DNA of 63,662 nucleotides, filler included, from Octopus bimaculoides (GCF_001194135.2; 7 parts of 5 records of this genome joined end to end with filler, not necessarily neighbours in it), one strand, 5' to 3'. Shown: positions 39,503-51,908, counted from the whole stretch's first letter. Program-made: numbers and translations. The notes: generated by a model from the letters alone, not told the origin.

Positions 39503-39597
39503 TTATTCAATTCGCTAGACGATCGTTTCGTACAGAAAGACAATAAATCATTTTAAGAATCTGAGTTGTCAAAGAGTGCTCATCAGTAGCACAATAA
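39503..39597 (-). ncRNA. Type I hammerhead ribozyme, intact core (HHR-C), followed by AATAAA
   Basis: Minus strand TTATT-G-TGCTA CTGATGA GCAC...[GACAA/TTGTC]...GTAC GAAA C GATC GTC TAGCG-AATTG-AATAAA. GUC site at 39520-39518; one mismatch in stem II. Confidence 0.85.
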
Positions 39598-39689
39598 GAA
39601 AAAAATAAGAAATTAATAAAAAGAAAGCTGGACTCTAGAATTACATGGATGTTGTGTTCTTACTAATTTTTAATGTGTAATTGTTTTAG

Positions 39690-39930
39690 GAGTCATGTCT
39701 ATTTAAAACACGACAATTGTATTTCAAATAGGCATGGCTCCTAGAGCTCACCTCAGGGATGGTGATTCGATGATCACCCCTCATAGCTGCACGCATATCT
39801 GCGATGTTTTTCTCATTTCTGCTGGTTGCGGGTCTTCCAGAATGTTCGTCAATATCGACATTTTTTCGGCCATCTTGGAAACGTCTGAACCACTCGTACA
39901 CTTGCGTGAGACTCATACACAATGCTGGCC
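39690..39930 (-). mobile_element. mariner transposase N-terminal (HTH) fragment
   Basis: MSLTQVYEWFRRFQDGRKNVDIDEHSGRPATS. Confidence 0.85.
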
Positions 39931-40260
39931 AACACACTGAAACCACCAATTTGCATCAAACGCCGAGGTCTCTTAAGTCAAGTGTTACTGATTCACAACA
40001 ATGCACATCCACATACAACCGCCCACACCATTGAAGCTTTTGAAAAATTGGGTCTTACATTGCTGGAACATTCTGCATACAGTCCAGATCTCACTTCCGA
40101 CTATCACCGCTTTGGATCGCTGAAACATCCTTTACAGGGTAATCGATTTGCTACAAACGAAGAAACGGTGCATAAATGGCTGCGCGATCAGCCGGAAATC
40201 TTCTGATATATAATATGTAAGCTTGTGGACCGGTAGAAGAAGTGAAAACTATGTGGAAAA
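39931..40260 (+). mobile_element. mariner transposase C-terminal catalytic fragment
   Basis: LLIHNNAHPH, HSAYSPDL..SDYHRFGSLK. Confidence 0.85.
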
Positions 40261-40682
40261 TGATGTAATTGTCCAATCCCTGCTTTTGTTTTAATAAATT
40301 ACAGGAAGAAGAAATACTTCCCTACATCAACGTACAGCAAGACCCACTGCGAAAGTGCAGTCAGTTACCAAGATCGATACCAGCTACTACAAGGAAGTAT
40401 GTACGTATGAGTGTATGTCTGTGTGCGCATGTATGTGTGTGCATGTGTTTGTATTTGTGTGAGTGCGCGCGCACGCGTAGAATTAAAATCTTACAGTCGG
40501 TGAAATATTTCAATGATATACAGATTATAGACAACGCTATCTATAAATGCGATCTTGGTGTCTGCCGAAGCATTGAAAATATGAAAACAATAGGAAAACT
40601 GTACGTATGTTATAAGTGAAGTCGACAAAATATTTCGTCATAATAGAAGTATATGAAAGTTTTCACTCGAAATATACAAAAA

Positions 40683-40717
<35 letters not shown>

Positions 40718-40894
40718 CAATCTTTTTTTTACTTCCCTTAAATTTTGGGTATTGAAAAATCAAGACTGAAATAACGTCATAATAAAATAATTTACAAAAT
40801 TTGCAAAGTGTCTTCTTTCATGAAATCAATAAAATATATTAAAATCTTTTGTTATTTACTGTTATGAAAATATTTATTTACAAAACAAAACTAA

Positions 40895-41917
40895 CAAGAG
40901 CACTCAGAGAGCACAAACCTCTGCCTAGGCAACACTAACGTCCTCTCAACGACTAGCTGGGGATTATCTTTAAAATGAGAATACCTGAAATAAACTCGAC
41001 TGCTCTCACGAACAAGAATACTAAAAATGAACACGACCGCCCTCAAAAAATGAAGTAAAAAAAAGAAAACCAGGAAAAATAATCCAGAATCCTTGTCCGG
41101 TACCTGATCAGTCCCAGTGGTAGTCATGGTTGTGCAGGCTGTATTTGTAATGCTGTGTATGTGTCGTCTGCAGTGGGAACAGGAACAGTTTTCTCTATGA
41201 AGGCCTATTTTAGTCTATCCACTGATACAGTATCTTTACGACTATTAAGGTCTATAGTGAAAAATTTATCCGTGCGTGAAAGAAAACGGGAAGGACTAAC
41301 ATACGGTGTTATTAACAGAGGTTTAACATCGTTGTGCACAAAAACGTGAGTCTAAAAAGTAAAGCTTCCTTCAAAGCAGAGCTAGAAATGTAATTGTCAA
41401 GTAGGTTTTAAACAGGAGCGATATATTTAAAATTGGTAAAACTAAAAAATGTTGAGGATAAATTTAATTTATCATTGTTACTGAATATGTTAGTGTTATT
41501 TGATTTCTGAACGGGTTTGCTGCCGTTTGATTATGATGTTTGATTTCTTTATCCATCAGTTTCTACTAAGATAGAGACGCGAGTAAAATTAATAATAGAG
41601 ACACGAAAATAAAACTATGGAAACAGCAACGCTGCCATAACTTACGTGGAAACCATGAGCGTGCTTTCAAGGGAGATAATCAGAGAAAGACTTGAAAGTC
41701 AACGTAAGATCGTAATACTTCATGTAAAGTAAATATAACAAATAATCCAGAATCCTTGTCCGGTACCGGATCGATCCCGAAATCTAATCAGATTGTGCCA
41801 GTCATGACGCCAAACATCCCTGAAAGTTTCATCCGAATCCATCCAGAGGTTCTTGAGATATCTTGTCCACAGAAAACAAAACAAACAAACAAACACGACT
41901 GAAAACGAAAGCGGATG
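40895..41917 (+). mobile_element. Non-autonomous insertion, possibly Helentron/HINE-like, with an internal 28-bp direct repeat
   Basis: Absent from the opposite arm of the inverted duplication; flanked by TAA; (AAAC)n near the 3' end; AAATAATCCAGAATCCTTGTCCGGTACC at 41077 and 41740. Confidence 0.5.
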
Positions 41918-42190
41918 TAATAATAATAAGTATTGCTAATATAGGTACAGGGCCACAAATTTTGTGGAAAGAATTAGTCGATTAAAAGGACCCTTATATT
42001 TCATTGGTAATTTACTTTATAGACCCTGAAGGAATGAATAGCAGTGTTGATCTCTTCAGCATTTTGCTTTTCAGCCTTTACTTCACCGCCAACATACCCT
42101 GCAAAAGAAAGCAGCCTGATGGTAATCCTTTAGCCACATTAGGATTCAATGTATGCATGTATTCATGTATTGGTACTTTAAGCTTTCTAA

Positions 42191-42266
42191 AACTTACATA
42201 TGTTTCTGTAAAGCGATTGTCATTATTGCGCAAGGCAATCAGCCAAATTAGCAATCAGTCAGCGTT
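42191..42266 (-). ncRNA. Degenerate hammerhead (HHR-E) in repeat 42103-42315
   Basis: AACG CTGACTGA...GAAA C ATAT GTA AGTT. One-base insertion in the core; stem II partly deleted. Confidence 0.55.
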
Positions 42267-42319
42267 CATAGTGAAAGATATATAATGCAAGGTGGGATAT
42301 TTTTCCCAATATATATTAC

Positions 42320-42723
42320 AGGTACCACCTTGAATTCATCGCTTCCCACCTCTGTTCAGCTTTGTGCTACGTCTTCGGGCCGCATGTATTTTGTTATCAT
42401 ATAGTTCGTTTTAGGGCCTATTTTTCAGCTATGTGTGTCCAGCTCTGTTAGTATGGGCTGCAGTTCATCTGTTGTTTCGTCGATAAGCACGATGTCATGT
42501 GCGAATCAGATCAATTAGATCACCATTGATGTTCACGTCACCTGTCAAGTTTCTGATGACCATTTATAGACATACGGCAAAAAGCTTTGGAGAGATAGTA
42601 TCTCCTTGTTTGACGCTCTTCTTAATTAAGACATTTATGGGTGGCGATAGCAGAGTTGTATCGGTGGTGCATCTGGAGTTCGCATCCGTGAACGTTTTAG
42701 AGTGTAGCATATCGACTGCTTGC

Positions 42724-42725
<2 letters not shown>
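42320..42725 (-). mobile_element. RTE-clade RT fragment
   Basis: KSVKQGDTISPKLFAVCL, NING, FAHDIVLI (decayed FADD), ELQPILTEL. Confidence 0.8.
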
Positions 42726-42756
<31 letters not shown>

Positions 42757-43364
42757 CATACACACATATTCACGTACATACATACGTGCATACATACATG
42801 TGTGTGTGTGAGTGTGTGAAGAAAAGGATGAAGAGAAATCCTGAAGAGGTAAACATTACTTTTCATTCCTTCAGGGTCTATGAAGCAAATTAGCAATAAA
42901 ATATAAGGGTCCTTTTAATCGACTAACTTCTTTCCACAAAATTTGTGGCTTTGTGCCTGCATTAGCAACACTTCTTACTATTAGTTTTGTTTTGTAAATA
43001 AATATTTTCACTACAGTAAATAACTAAAAATTTTAATATATTTCATTGATTTCATGAAAGAAGACATTCTGTAAAATTTGTGAATTATTTTATTATGACG
43101 GTCAGTCCTTTCTTCGTGGTAAATAAAAAAATCAGTTATTTCAGTCTTGATTTTTCAATACTCAAAATTTAAGGGAAGTAACAAAAGATTGGTAATTTAA
43201 ATTGTTTTGCATACTTCGAGAGAAAATTTTCATTTACTTCTATTACGACGTAATTATTTGTCAACTTCACTTATAAACACACGTACAATTTTCTTATTGT
43301 TTTCATATTTTCAATGCTTCAACAGACTCCAACATTCGATTTTTTAGATAGCCTTGTCTATAAT

Positions 43365-43526
43365 AAAAATATTGATATTTCTAAGTATCTCTAAAGGAGA
43401 CAACGGCAGCGGTACTGGGTATTAATAGTTATCGCCAAGCTAACACGGCAGTCCAGGAAAATAGGACAAATGCTGCGGTCCTATTATCCTGGACTGCCAT
43501 GTTAGCTTGGCGATAACTATTAATAC
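43365..43526. mobile_element. Fold-back insertion with 49-bp hairpin, flanked by an 11-bp target-site duplication
   Basis: Arms 43419-43467 and 43478-43526 match at 47/49; TTGTCTATAAT at 43354-43364 and 43527-43537; homologous to 57243-57345. Confidence 0.85.
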
Positions 43527-44094
43527 TTGTCTATAATCTAGATATATCATTGAGATATTTCACTGACTGTAATATAGGTTAGTATTAAATTCTACACACA
43601 TATACACACATGCTCGCACACAGACATTCATTCATACATATACACATTATTATAGTAGTTGGTATCAATCTTGATAACTAACTGTATTTACGCAGTGGGT
43701 CTAGCCGTACATTAATGTAGAGAAGCGTTTTAAAAATATAGGATTATGTTAACTAACTCTCTCTTGCCCTTTCCAAGGAGATGCTCCTAGATAAAACAAA
43801 TATAAACTGTAAAACTGAAAACTGCTCTTCCTATTCGTTAATAGTATCTAACTGAATCACACAACTGCTATTGCTGACAGCACAGCTACATCGTTCACAA
43901 TAGAAGGAACTGAGAAAGGCATCTCACTTTGGGTGGCAACTTCCTGTTTTGGTAGTGGCGGGCGATGCGCTGTCATCAACCAATAGGGTGGAACAATCAT
44001 TAGTTCTATGATCGTTATAAAGATAGGTTGTTCATAGAATGATGCAGCAAGACGCAAGCTGCTACAAGCAATTGAATATTATTACTGCAAACAA

Positions 44095-44305
44095 AGCGGT
44101 GAGCTGGCAGAATCATTAGCACGCCGGGCAAAATGTTTAGCGACATTTCGTCTGTCTCTATGTTGTTTTGAGCTCAAATTCTGCTGGAGTCGACTTTGCA
44201 TTTCGGGGTCGATGAAACAAATATCAGTAAAGCACTGGGATCGATGTAGTCGACTTAACCTCTTCCCCGAAATTGCTAGCCTTGTGCCAAAATTTGAAAC
44301 CAGTA
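44095..44305 (+). mobile_element. SINE family B
   Basis: GCGGTGAGCTGGCAGAATCATTAGCACGCCGGGC...GCTCAAATTCTGC. Confidence 0.8.
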
Positions 44306-44386
44306 TTACTGCAAATATCAGTCTAACTTAAGCAAAGTTGAATACCCGGAATTAAATCGACGTTTTAACCTTTTCATAAGGGATTA

Positions 44387-44446
<60 letters not shown>

Positions 44447-44702
44447 GTGTGTATGTGTGTGTACGTGTGTTTGTTGTGTGTGCGCGCGTGTGCGTGTTTG
44501 TGCGTGCATATGTGTGTATGTGTGTAATATTTGTATCATATTTTCATATATTTCTATTACGTTAAGTTGTTTGTATCAACTGAATAAAAAAGTCTGATCT
44601 ATCCGTAAAAGGAAGCAGTCTGCTGGTAATCATTTAACCACATTAGGGTTCAATGTATATATGCATGTATGTATTCATGTATTGATACTTAAAGCTTTCT
44701 AA

Positions 44703-44785
44703 AACGTAACGCGTGTCTCGGTGAAGCGATTGTTATTATTATGCAAGGCAATCAGCCAAATACAGTCGTTTACCTCATCAGCGTT
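44703..44785 (-). ncRNA. Degenerate hammerhead (HHR-D) in repeat 44607-44830
   Basis: AACG CTGATGA GGTAAACGAC...ATCGCTTCACC GAGA C ACGC GTTA CGTT. GAAA has become GAGA, with an extra T at the cleavage site. Confidence 0.6.
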
Positions 44786-44997
44786 CATAGTGAAAAATAT
44801 AATGCAAGATGGGATGTTTTTTTGCCAATACATACTTCAAGTACGCAAATTACATTACATTAAGATGTGATCAAACTTTTCGAAGATTGACAATCGTGTT
44901 CCTTGTACGTACGCGCGCACATACACGCATGCACGCGCGCACGCACACACACATGCATGCACGCATGCACACACACACATGCACGCACGCATGTACG

Positions 44998-45066
<69 letters not shown>

Positions 45067-45365
45067 AGATATACAGACACCAAGACGCACATATTTATTT
45101 TCTGTAAATCATACACTTGTGTATTCTGCATTTTGTACCATTATATATTTTCTCGTATATTTGTAACATTAAATTTTTATAGTTATATATTTTTAGTTTG
45201 ACTTGTAACACGCCCTAAAACTTTTAACATTATTTGGAGTGACTTGATTCTTTTCTAAAGCTTACTAGCTACTTAAGTCCATTGTGACTCATACGACTAG
45301 CCTGCGAGGAGGTTATATATGTGTATATAAAGACTACGTTTTGAAGTTAGTGTTTGCATTTTTAT

Positions 45366-45485
45366 AAGGCGGTTTGCTGGCAGAATCGTTAGCATGCCGG
45401 GCAAAATTCTTAGCAGCTTTTCGTCCGTCTTTACGTTCGGAGTTCAAATTTAGGCGAGGTCGACTTTGCCTTTCATCTTTTCGGA
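45366..45485 (+). mobile_element. SINE family B head
   Basis: AAGGCGGTTTGCTGGCAGAATCGTTAGC...GGAGTTCAAATT. Confidence 0.8.
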
Positions 45486-46144
45486 ATCCCGAACTGTAGT
45501 CTCACCACCTGATGCAGTTTAATATCAGACCCAAGACAATCTATTTAACACACGGGTGGGACCCTGACAGGTACTACCGTTACGGGTCGGAACGGACCTG
45601 GGGATAATGGTAATTAAGGAATAACTACCTAACGTCAGATTCTTATGTGAAGGACAATTTAGAGATTAACTGTGAACATGATAAAATATTCGAGCTGCAT
45701 TGTCATTTGATTTCATTTACACAGCGTAAAACAATTCATTATATATTTTCATTCCTGTTCTAAAATAAAACTAACTCAATAACTATGTTACATCTAGAGG
45801 AGTCTAATGTAGCTGTCAGTTACAACTAATGCATAGTTATAAACTATAATTCAGAATTCCATTTGTTATATTCAGTTTTGCTTCTCTATTCGCTCTCTTA
45901 TCTCTCTATCTCGCACTCATACTCTCTCTTCATTTATACACACACACACACATATACATACAAGCATACAAACGTATATGTATCTATATACCTGTGTATA
46001 GGTGTATATGATGAGTTTATGTATGCATATATACGTACAAAGATATTACACATCTATGTATGCATTATATATGTATGTATTATGCATGTGTATATAAACA
46101 CATACATTATATCTATGTATTATATATATATATATATATCTATG

Positions 46145-46201
<57 letters not shown>

Positions 46202-46929
46202 TGTATTATATTTATACATACACATATAGATAAGTATCCTTTCAATAATATCTTTTGTATGCATGTATATGTCTCGTGACTGCTTTTATATATCGAACAA
46301 CAAGTAGTGGCACACGTAAAAAAGTCCCACCTCAACTCAGGAATTCATTTATAGCAAAACACAAACGCTAAGCAAATATAGAAAATTATGGACTAATTTG
46401 AAGCACAGACTGTTAAGCTATTTAAAGTTCCGTGCAGAAATTATGGTCTATTGTTCTGTGTAGAAATTATGTACTATTGTTTGTTTACTACCTTTCTCCC
46501 GAGTACTATCTACAACTACACACGAGTTAAAAAAAGATGCATAGTTTACAAATTTATCGAAATAAGTACGATTTTGGCAAGATGTAGACTTAGAAATAAT
46601 CAACTTATTGTAGACTTTCTCTCTCTCTTTCTCTGTCGGTTTGTACATACATGTACGTATATATGCATATACTCACATATTATTTGTATTATTATATGAT
46701 GGAACGCACGAACCTGCTTGCAAGTAAGTTTTAATTTTATTTTCTGACGCGAATCTATCTATCTTTGTATCTTTTTCCACCTCTCTTTCTTCCTTCTGTT
46801 GTTCTTCGCCTCTCCCCTTCACTACTATTTCTCTCTCTCTCTTCCTCTCTGTCTCTCGTTGCTCACCTATGTTCAACTTCCTCCCCTTTTTCTCTCTCTC
46901 TACCACTCTCTCTCTCCTTACCCCTCGCT

Positions 46930-47130
46930 GGTCACCTGTGACCGGCTACTGCCCTCTTTCTTCTCTTGGCCACTACCAAGCTAGCACGAACTTTCTTCTC
47001 TCTCCAGTTCTTCACATCACAGCGTTCAGTATACAGATATTTTTTCACGTCTGGCCTACAGCCCTTCTTGTTTATTTTCACTGTTTCGTCTTCCTGTCGT
47101 GTTTTCTGTTCGCCACTATTGTTCCGCATT
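46930..47130 (-). mobile_element. Possible RTE-like 3' ORF remnant
   Basis: GCRPDVKK and DVKNWREK..RASLVVAK resemble RTE C-termini; short and weak. Confidence 0.3.
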
Positions 47131-47159
47131 ACAAATTTAATTTAATTTGTTTCCGCGGG

Positions 47160-47610
47160 AAGAACTATTCTAACCATGCGTCCTGCCCTAATTCTTCGAA
47201 ACGCTTAGTTTAGAATAGGGGCAGCTGATGAAGGAAATATTCTCTATGTGACCTGTTTGTTTTCTGTGCTCTGTTTATGTTCTGTTTTTCATTTTGTCCA
47301 CATTTTTTGTGACGTCCTGTACCCAGATATGCATCTATATATACATTCTGGAGAGAATAAAAATGATGTAAAACAATGCAATCATCTCATCAGGGAAAAA
47401 CAGGAACAAAACACATCAATAAGCCATTTTAACCGAATGTGATGACCGCGTATATGATGTAAGAGGAACGCTAGGAAGTTATTTCTATATGGATAAATAT
47501 GACTTGCAGATGAAGACTGAATCTCTTGATCCCAAACAACCTCGTTTTATTTTAAAAGACCACAAACCCAATTTTTTTAATAACCCAACCTTACGATTTA
47601 TTTTTCCTTC
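47160..47610 (+). mobile_element. Internally deleted Penelope-like fragment with two half hammerheads
   Basis: 47345-47470 is homologous to 9360-9490 and joins directly to MDKYDLQMKTESLDPKQPRFILKDHK (homologous to 10028 onward). Confidence 0.8.
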
Positions 47611-47613
47611 TGG

Positions 47614-47651
<38 letters not shown>

Positions 47652-48324
47652 ATATATACATACATATATATNNNNNNNNNNNNNNNNNNNNNNNNNNNNN
47701 NNNNNNNNNNNNNNNNNNNNNNNNNNNNNNNNNNNNNNNNNNNNNNNNNNNNNNNNNNNNNNNNNNNNNNNNNNNNNNNNNNNNNNNNNNNNNNNNNNNN
47801 NNNNNNNNNNNNNNNNNNNNNNNNNNNNNNNNNNNNNNNNNNNNNNNNNNNNNNNNNNNTATATATATATATATATATATGTATGTATATATAGACATAT
47901 TAACACACACACACAAACACACACATATGTGTTAGCTCAATGGCATAGAACGCTCAGCTGGAATTCGAGAAGTACAGAGTTCGCTTTAGCAACTTGCTAG
48001 TCCCGTTTTGGAATGGCCATTGAAAAGGAGATAATATTGGCAGTACCCCAGCATGGCCAGAACCTTTGGACTGAAATGCATAAACGATAAAAGAATATAT
48101 ATACTGTAAATGCCGCTTTGACACGAAGCCAATTCGACAGTAATAAAAACGGTTGATAACATAAACCAAATAGCTTGGGAGCCTCTAATTTTGATAACAA
48201 TAACCAAATCCTAACATTATACTTATTTATCACAACCGGTTTTCATTGCAAATCTATAGCTATATCAATGTGTGTGCATGTGTACGCGTATGTGTGTAGC
48301 TATCTATTTGTCTATTTATATGTT

Positions 48325-48418
<94 letters not shown>

Positions 48419-49223
48419 CATACATACATACACACACATGTATTGGTACGTGTGCGTGTATAACCTGTCAACGCAATATAAATGTACAGAACATAGAACT
48501 TTAAGTGTGCTAAACAAAAGAAATGAGAACATGGGAAAAACTTCACAAAACATCAAGAAAACCACTTCCATTTGGCAAAAATGTTGACGTCAATCCATTC
48601 TGCAACACATATACTTATTTATGTTATTTGCTCGACACACTTAAAGGATTTTGAAGTGAAAAGAGACCTGTCTACCTTTGCTGGGCATCTGAAGCCATTT
48701 ATTGATTTTTTTGCCTGATCTGAGTGATAAGCAAATGCAATCTGCGCTGGTTGCTATGACGAGGCCGTTGCAATAATTTTGGACACGATATCTGTATGTT
48801 TGAAATATCCATAAATGAAAGAAAAAAATAAATAGTAATAGCAATATTGGTGGGAAAATTCTCCGACAGAAGTTTTGTTCCATGTATTCAATGGCAGTAA
48901 GATTTTGTGGTGATAAATGACAAAACATTCAAAACATTGCCCCAAACCTCACACTTATTGCTTTATGTAAACATGTGGAAGATAAAGGAAATATATTACC
49001 AAACAGAAATGCATACGAATAATTCTAGTGTGGAGTGAGGGTTGTAGACTTAATAGCAGAACACACACATTGTAGAGCATAAACTTCAGTACTTTCAACT
49101 GTAATTACTACAGCAGATACTTTGAGCAACAAGTTGATACTCCTGAAAGGATTAATGTGAAAGATCTGCCTTTCGTTATTGCATACATAAATGCATGCAT
49201 ACATACATACAAACATACATACG

Positions 49224-49270
<47 letters not shown>

Positions 49271-49293
49271 GTATGTATGTATGTTTGTATGTA

Positions 49294-49352
<59 letters not shown>

Positions 49353-50114
49353 AAATGTGTATGTATGAAATAGTGTGTTGCGTCAACAATTGTGTAATAT
49401 TTTGGTAATTTAATTGTTTTATGCGACGTATTACAACAAAAGTGGCCTTGCATTCAAAGTAGAGGCATGCATGCACACACATACATATATACAGAGAAAG
49501 TAGAAGGGACCGTTAAATATATTTTTATAAGTATAAGACCTGTGATCATTACATACAGAAAAGGCCCAATACAAGTGTAGAATCAAATATTGATAATTTT
49601 ATTGACAGTCACTTCGAAGTTTCGCTAGTAGCTTGTCGCATGGAGTTGCAAAATGTACTCTGCTTGTATTTTTAGGTAGGTTGGTTATGTATGTGATAGG
49701 ATAAGACCGTTCAAGGTTTGGTAAAGAAGCTCAACAATTGGTTTAGTATATGTACATACATAGATAAAAAAAATAAAGAAGAATGAGGAATAGAAGAAGC
49801 AGGAGTAAAAGAAGAAGAAGAGAAAATAGAAGAGGGTTTATCTGCGCTGTTGGTCAAGTTGACCATAACTCGAGAAAGTGCTCATTGCTTTATAAAGGGT
49901 GTGTTGGTGTGACAATTATTTTATTTATTAAACTGGCTGATGACTCTATGTATGTATGTATGTATGTATGTATGTATGTATGTATGTATGTATGTATGTA
50001 TGTATGTATGTATGNNNNNNNNNNNNNNNNNNNNNNNNNNNNNNNNNNNNNNNNNNNNTTAATTAATTAANNNNNNNNNNNNNNNNNNNNNNNNNNNNNN
50101 NNNNNNNNNNNNNN

Positions 50115-50158
<44 letters not shown>

Positions 50159-50376
50159 TATAATTATATATATATATATGTACACATATAATTATATATG
50201 CTTCTACATGAGTATTATTATATATCTGCATACATACATACACACACATATATACGTATGTATGTATATTTACATACACACACATATCCATAAATATAAT
50301 ATATATATATATATATAATTATATGTGTGTGCATATATATATGTATGTTTCTTTATATATATAATTGTATATGCAT

Positions 50377-50475
<99 letters not shown>

Positions 50476-51339
50476 TATTATGTACATAAATATGTATATA
50501 TATATCTATATAACTATCTATCTCTCTCTATATATATTTATATATTTATATACATAGTTACATTCATATGTGTATGTACATCCATATATATGGATATGTG
50601 TGTGTATATGAGTATGTGTAAGCGTATAATAATCTTTTGATTGTTAGATAAATGATACAGTTTTGTAGTCGCAATATTAGAACATAGCACGCTAGTTTCA
50701 TAGCTATGCAGTATTAATCTATTACAGGATTATAGAGAAATGATTGCAGCACAATCGGTCGTTTGGTAAATTCTAACGGCGACTCTACCATCAGTAAGGA
50801 AATTAATATTATAAGTTTGATGGCAAAATCTAACTTAGTTAGAATAAGTACCCACCTCTCTCTCTTTCCCATCTTTCTCTTTTTATCTTCCGCCCCTCTC
50901 TTTTACTTCCTTTATCTTTTTCATTCTTTTTCTTTTTCTGTTTCTTTCGCAAGCGGACGAGTTCTTTAGACAGTACGAACGAGTAAACATAAAGTTGGCT
51001 AAATGACTGAATTGCTTAGTGGTATTTTTGAACACACATGTACTAACAGAAAGGCACACACATACACGCTGTTATGTGGTGTGTGTGTGTGTGTGTGTGT
51101 GAATATGCATGAATATTATTAGCGACGGAAGCAGTAATGATATTGAATGGCAATCTTTGTAGCCTACTTAACGTGGGCATACTATTAGAACGTCATATTA
51201 ATGCGCGGCGAGCGGACGCCTGCCACTGAGAAAGCGCGTGTAGGCTGAAATCACGCGATCTGACAGTTAATCATGTATGACGTGCACAATACACTACATC
51301 TACATGTAGTTGGGAAGCAAGCTGCTTATCACACAGCCA

Positions 51340-51745
51340 TGATGACTGGACAGAGTTTGGAGTCGACACAAAAGGGCATCTATTTACCCAGCGGTGCCGC
51401 TGGTGGGCAGGTGGCTCAATGTCAATGAGTTGCTTGGGCTCCGCTGGGAACTCCTTTAAAAGTCTATTCGTGGCTTTTTCATTAGAGGTTCCCACGTCTT
51501 GAGGGAAGCTCTCCCTAATGTTTTTTATATGTCTCTATAGGCATTCGCACCAATAATAGTGTTTCTGGCATTTGAAAGGTGTTGGTGTCGAAGATCAGTT
51601 GGACAATTAAAAAGACATGTCAAAAGACTTCATACTGTAGCACCAGTTCCTTCTGCAAGTCAGTACCACTGCGAATTATGCAATAAAATGTGCAGATCTT
51701 TGGCAGAAGTCAAGAGTCAAAAAGGATCTCACATCGCATTACCAA
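51340..51745 (+). mobile_element. RTE-like LINE 3' end with C2H2-type knuckle
   Basis: YHCELCNKMCRSLAEVKSQKGSH. Confidence 0.6.
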
Positions 51746-51805
51746 TGAATCATTTTAATGATTCTTTCTAGCAATGGTTTTGCTCAAGTACGAGAATGCA
51801 GCCAC

Positions 51806-51838
<33 letters not shown>

Positions 51839-51908
51839 AATATCTATAAACAAACCAGAAGGCTTTGTAAGTTACGGAAAGTAAGCGACTATGGAAGTCT
51901 ATTTGTAC

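Larger units (their letters stand above)
40490..43575. repeat. Large inverted duplication (arms about 550 bp, spacer 42060-42840), each arm later interrupted
   Basis: 40490-40894 plus 41918-42059 is the reverse complement (diverged) of 42841-43364 plus 43527-43575. Confidence 0.85.
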
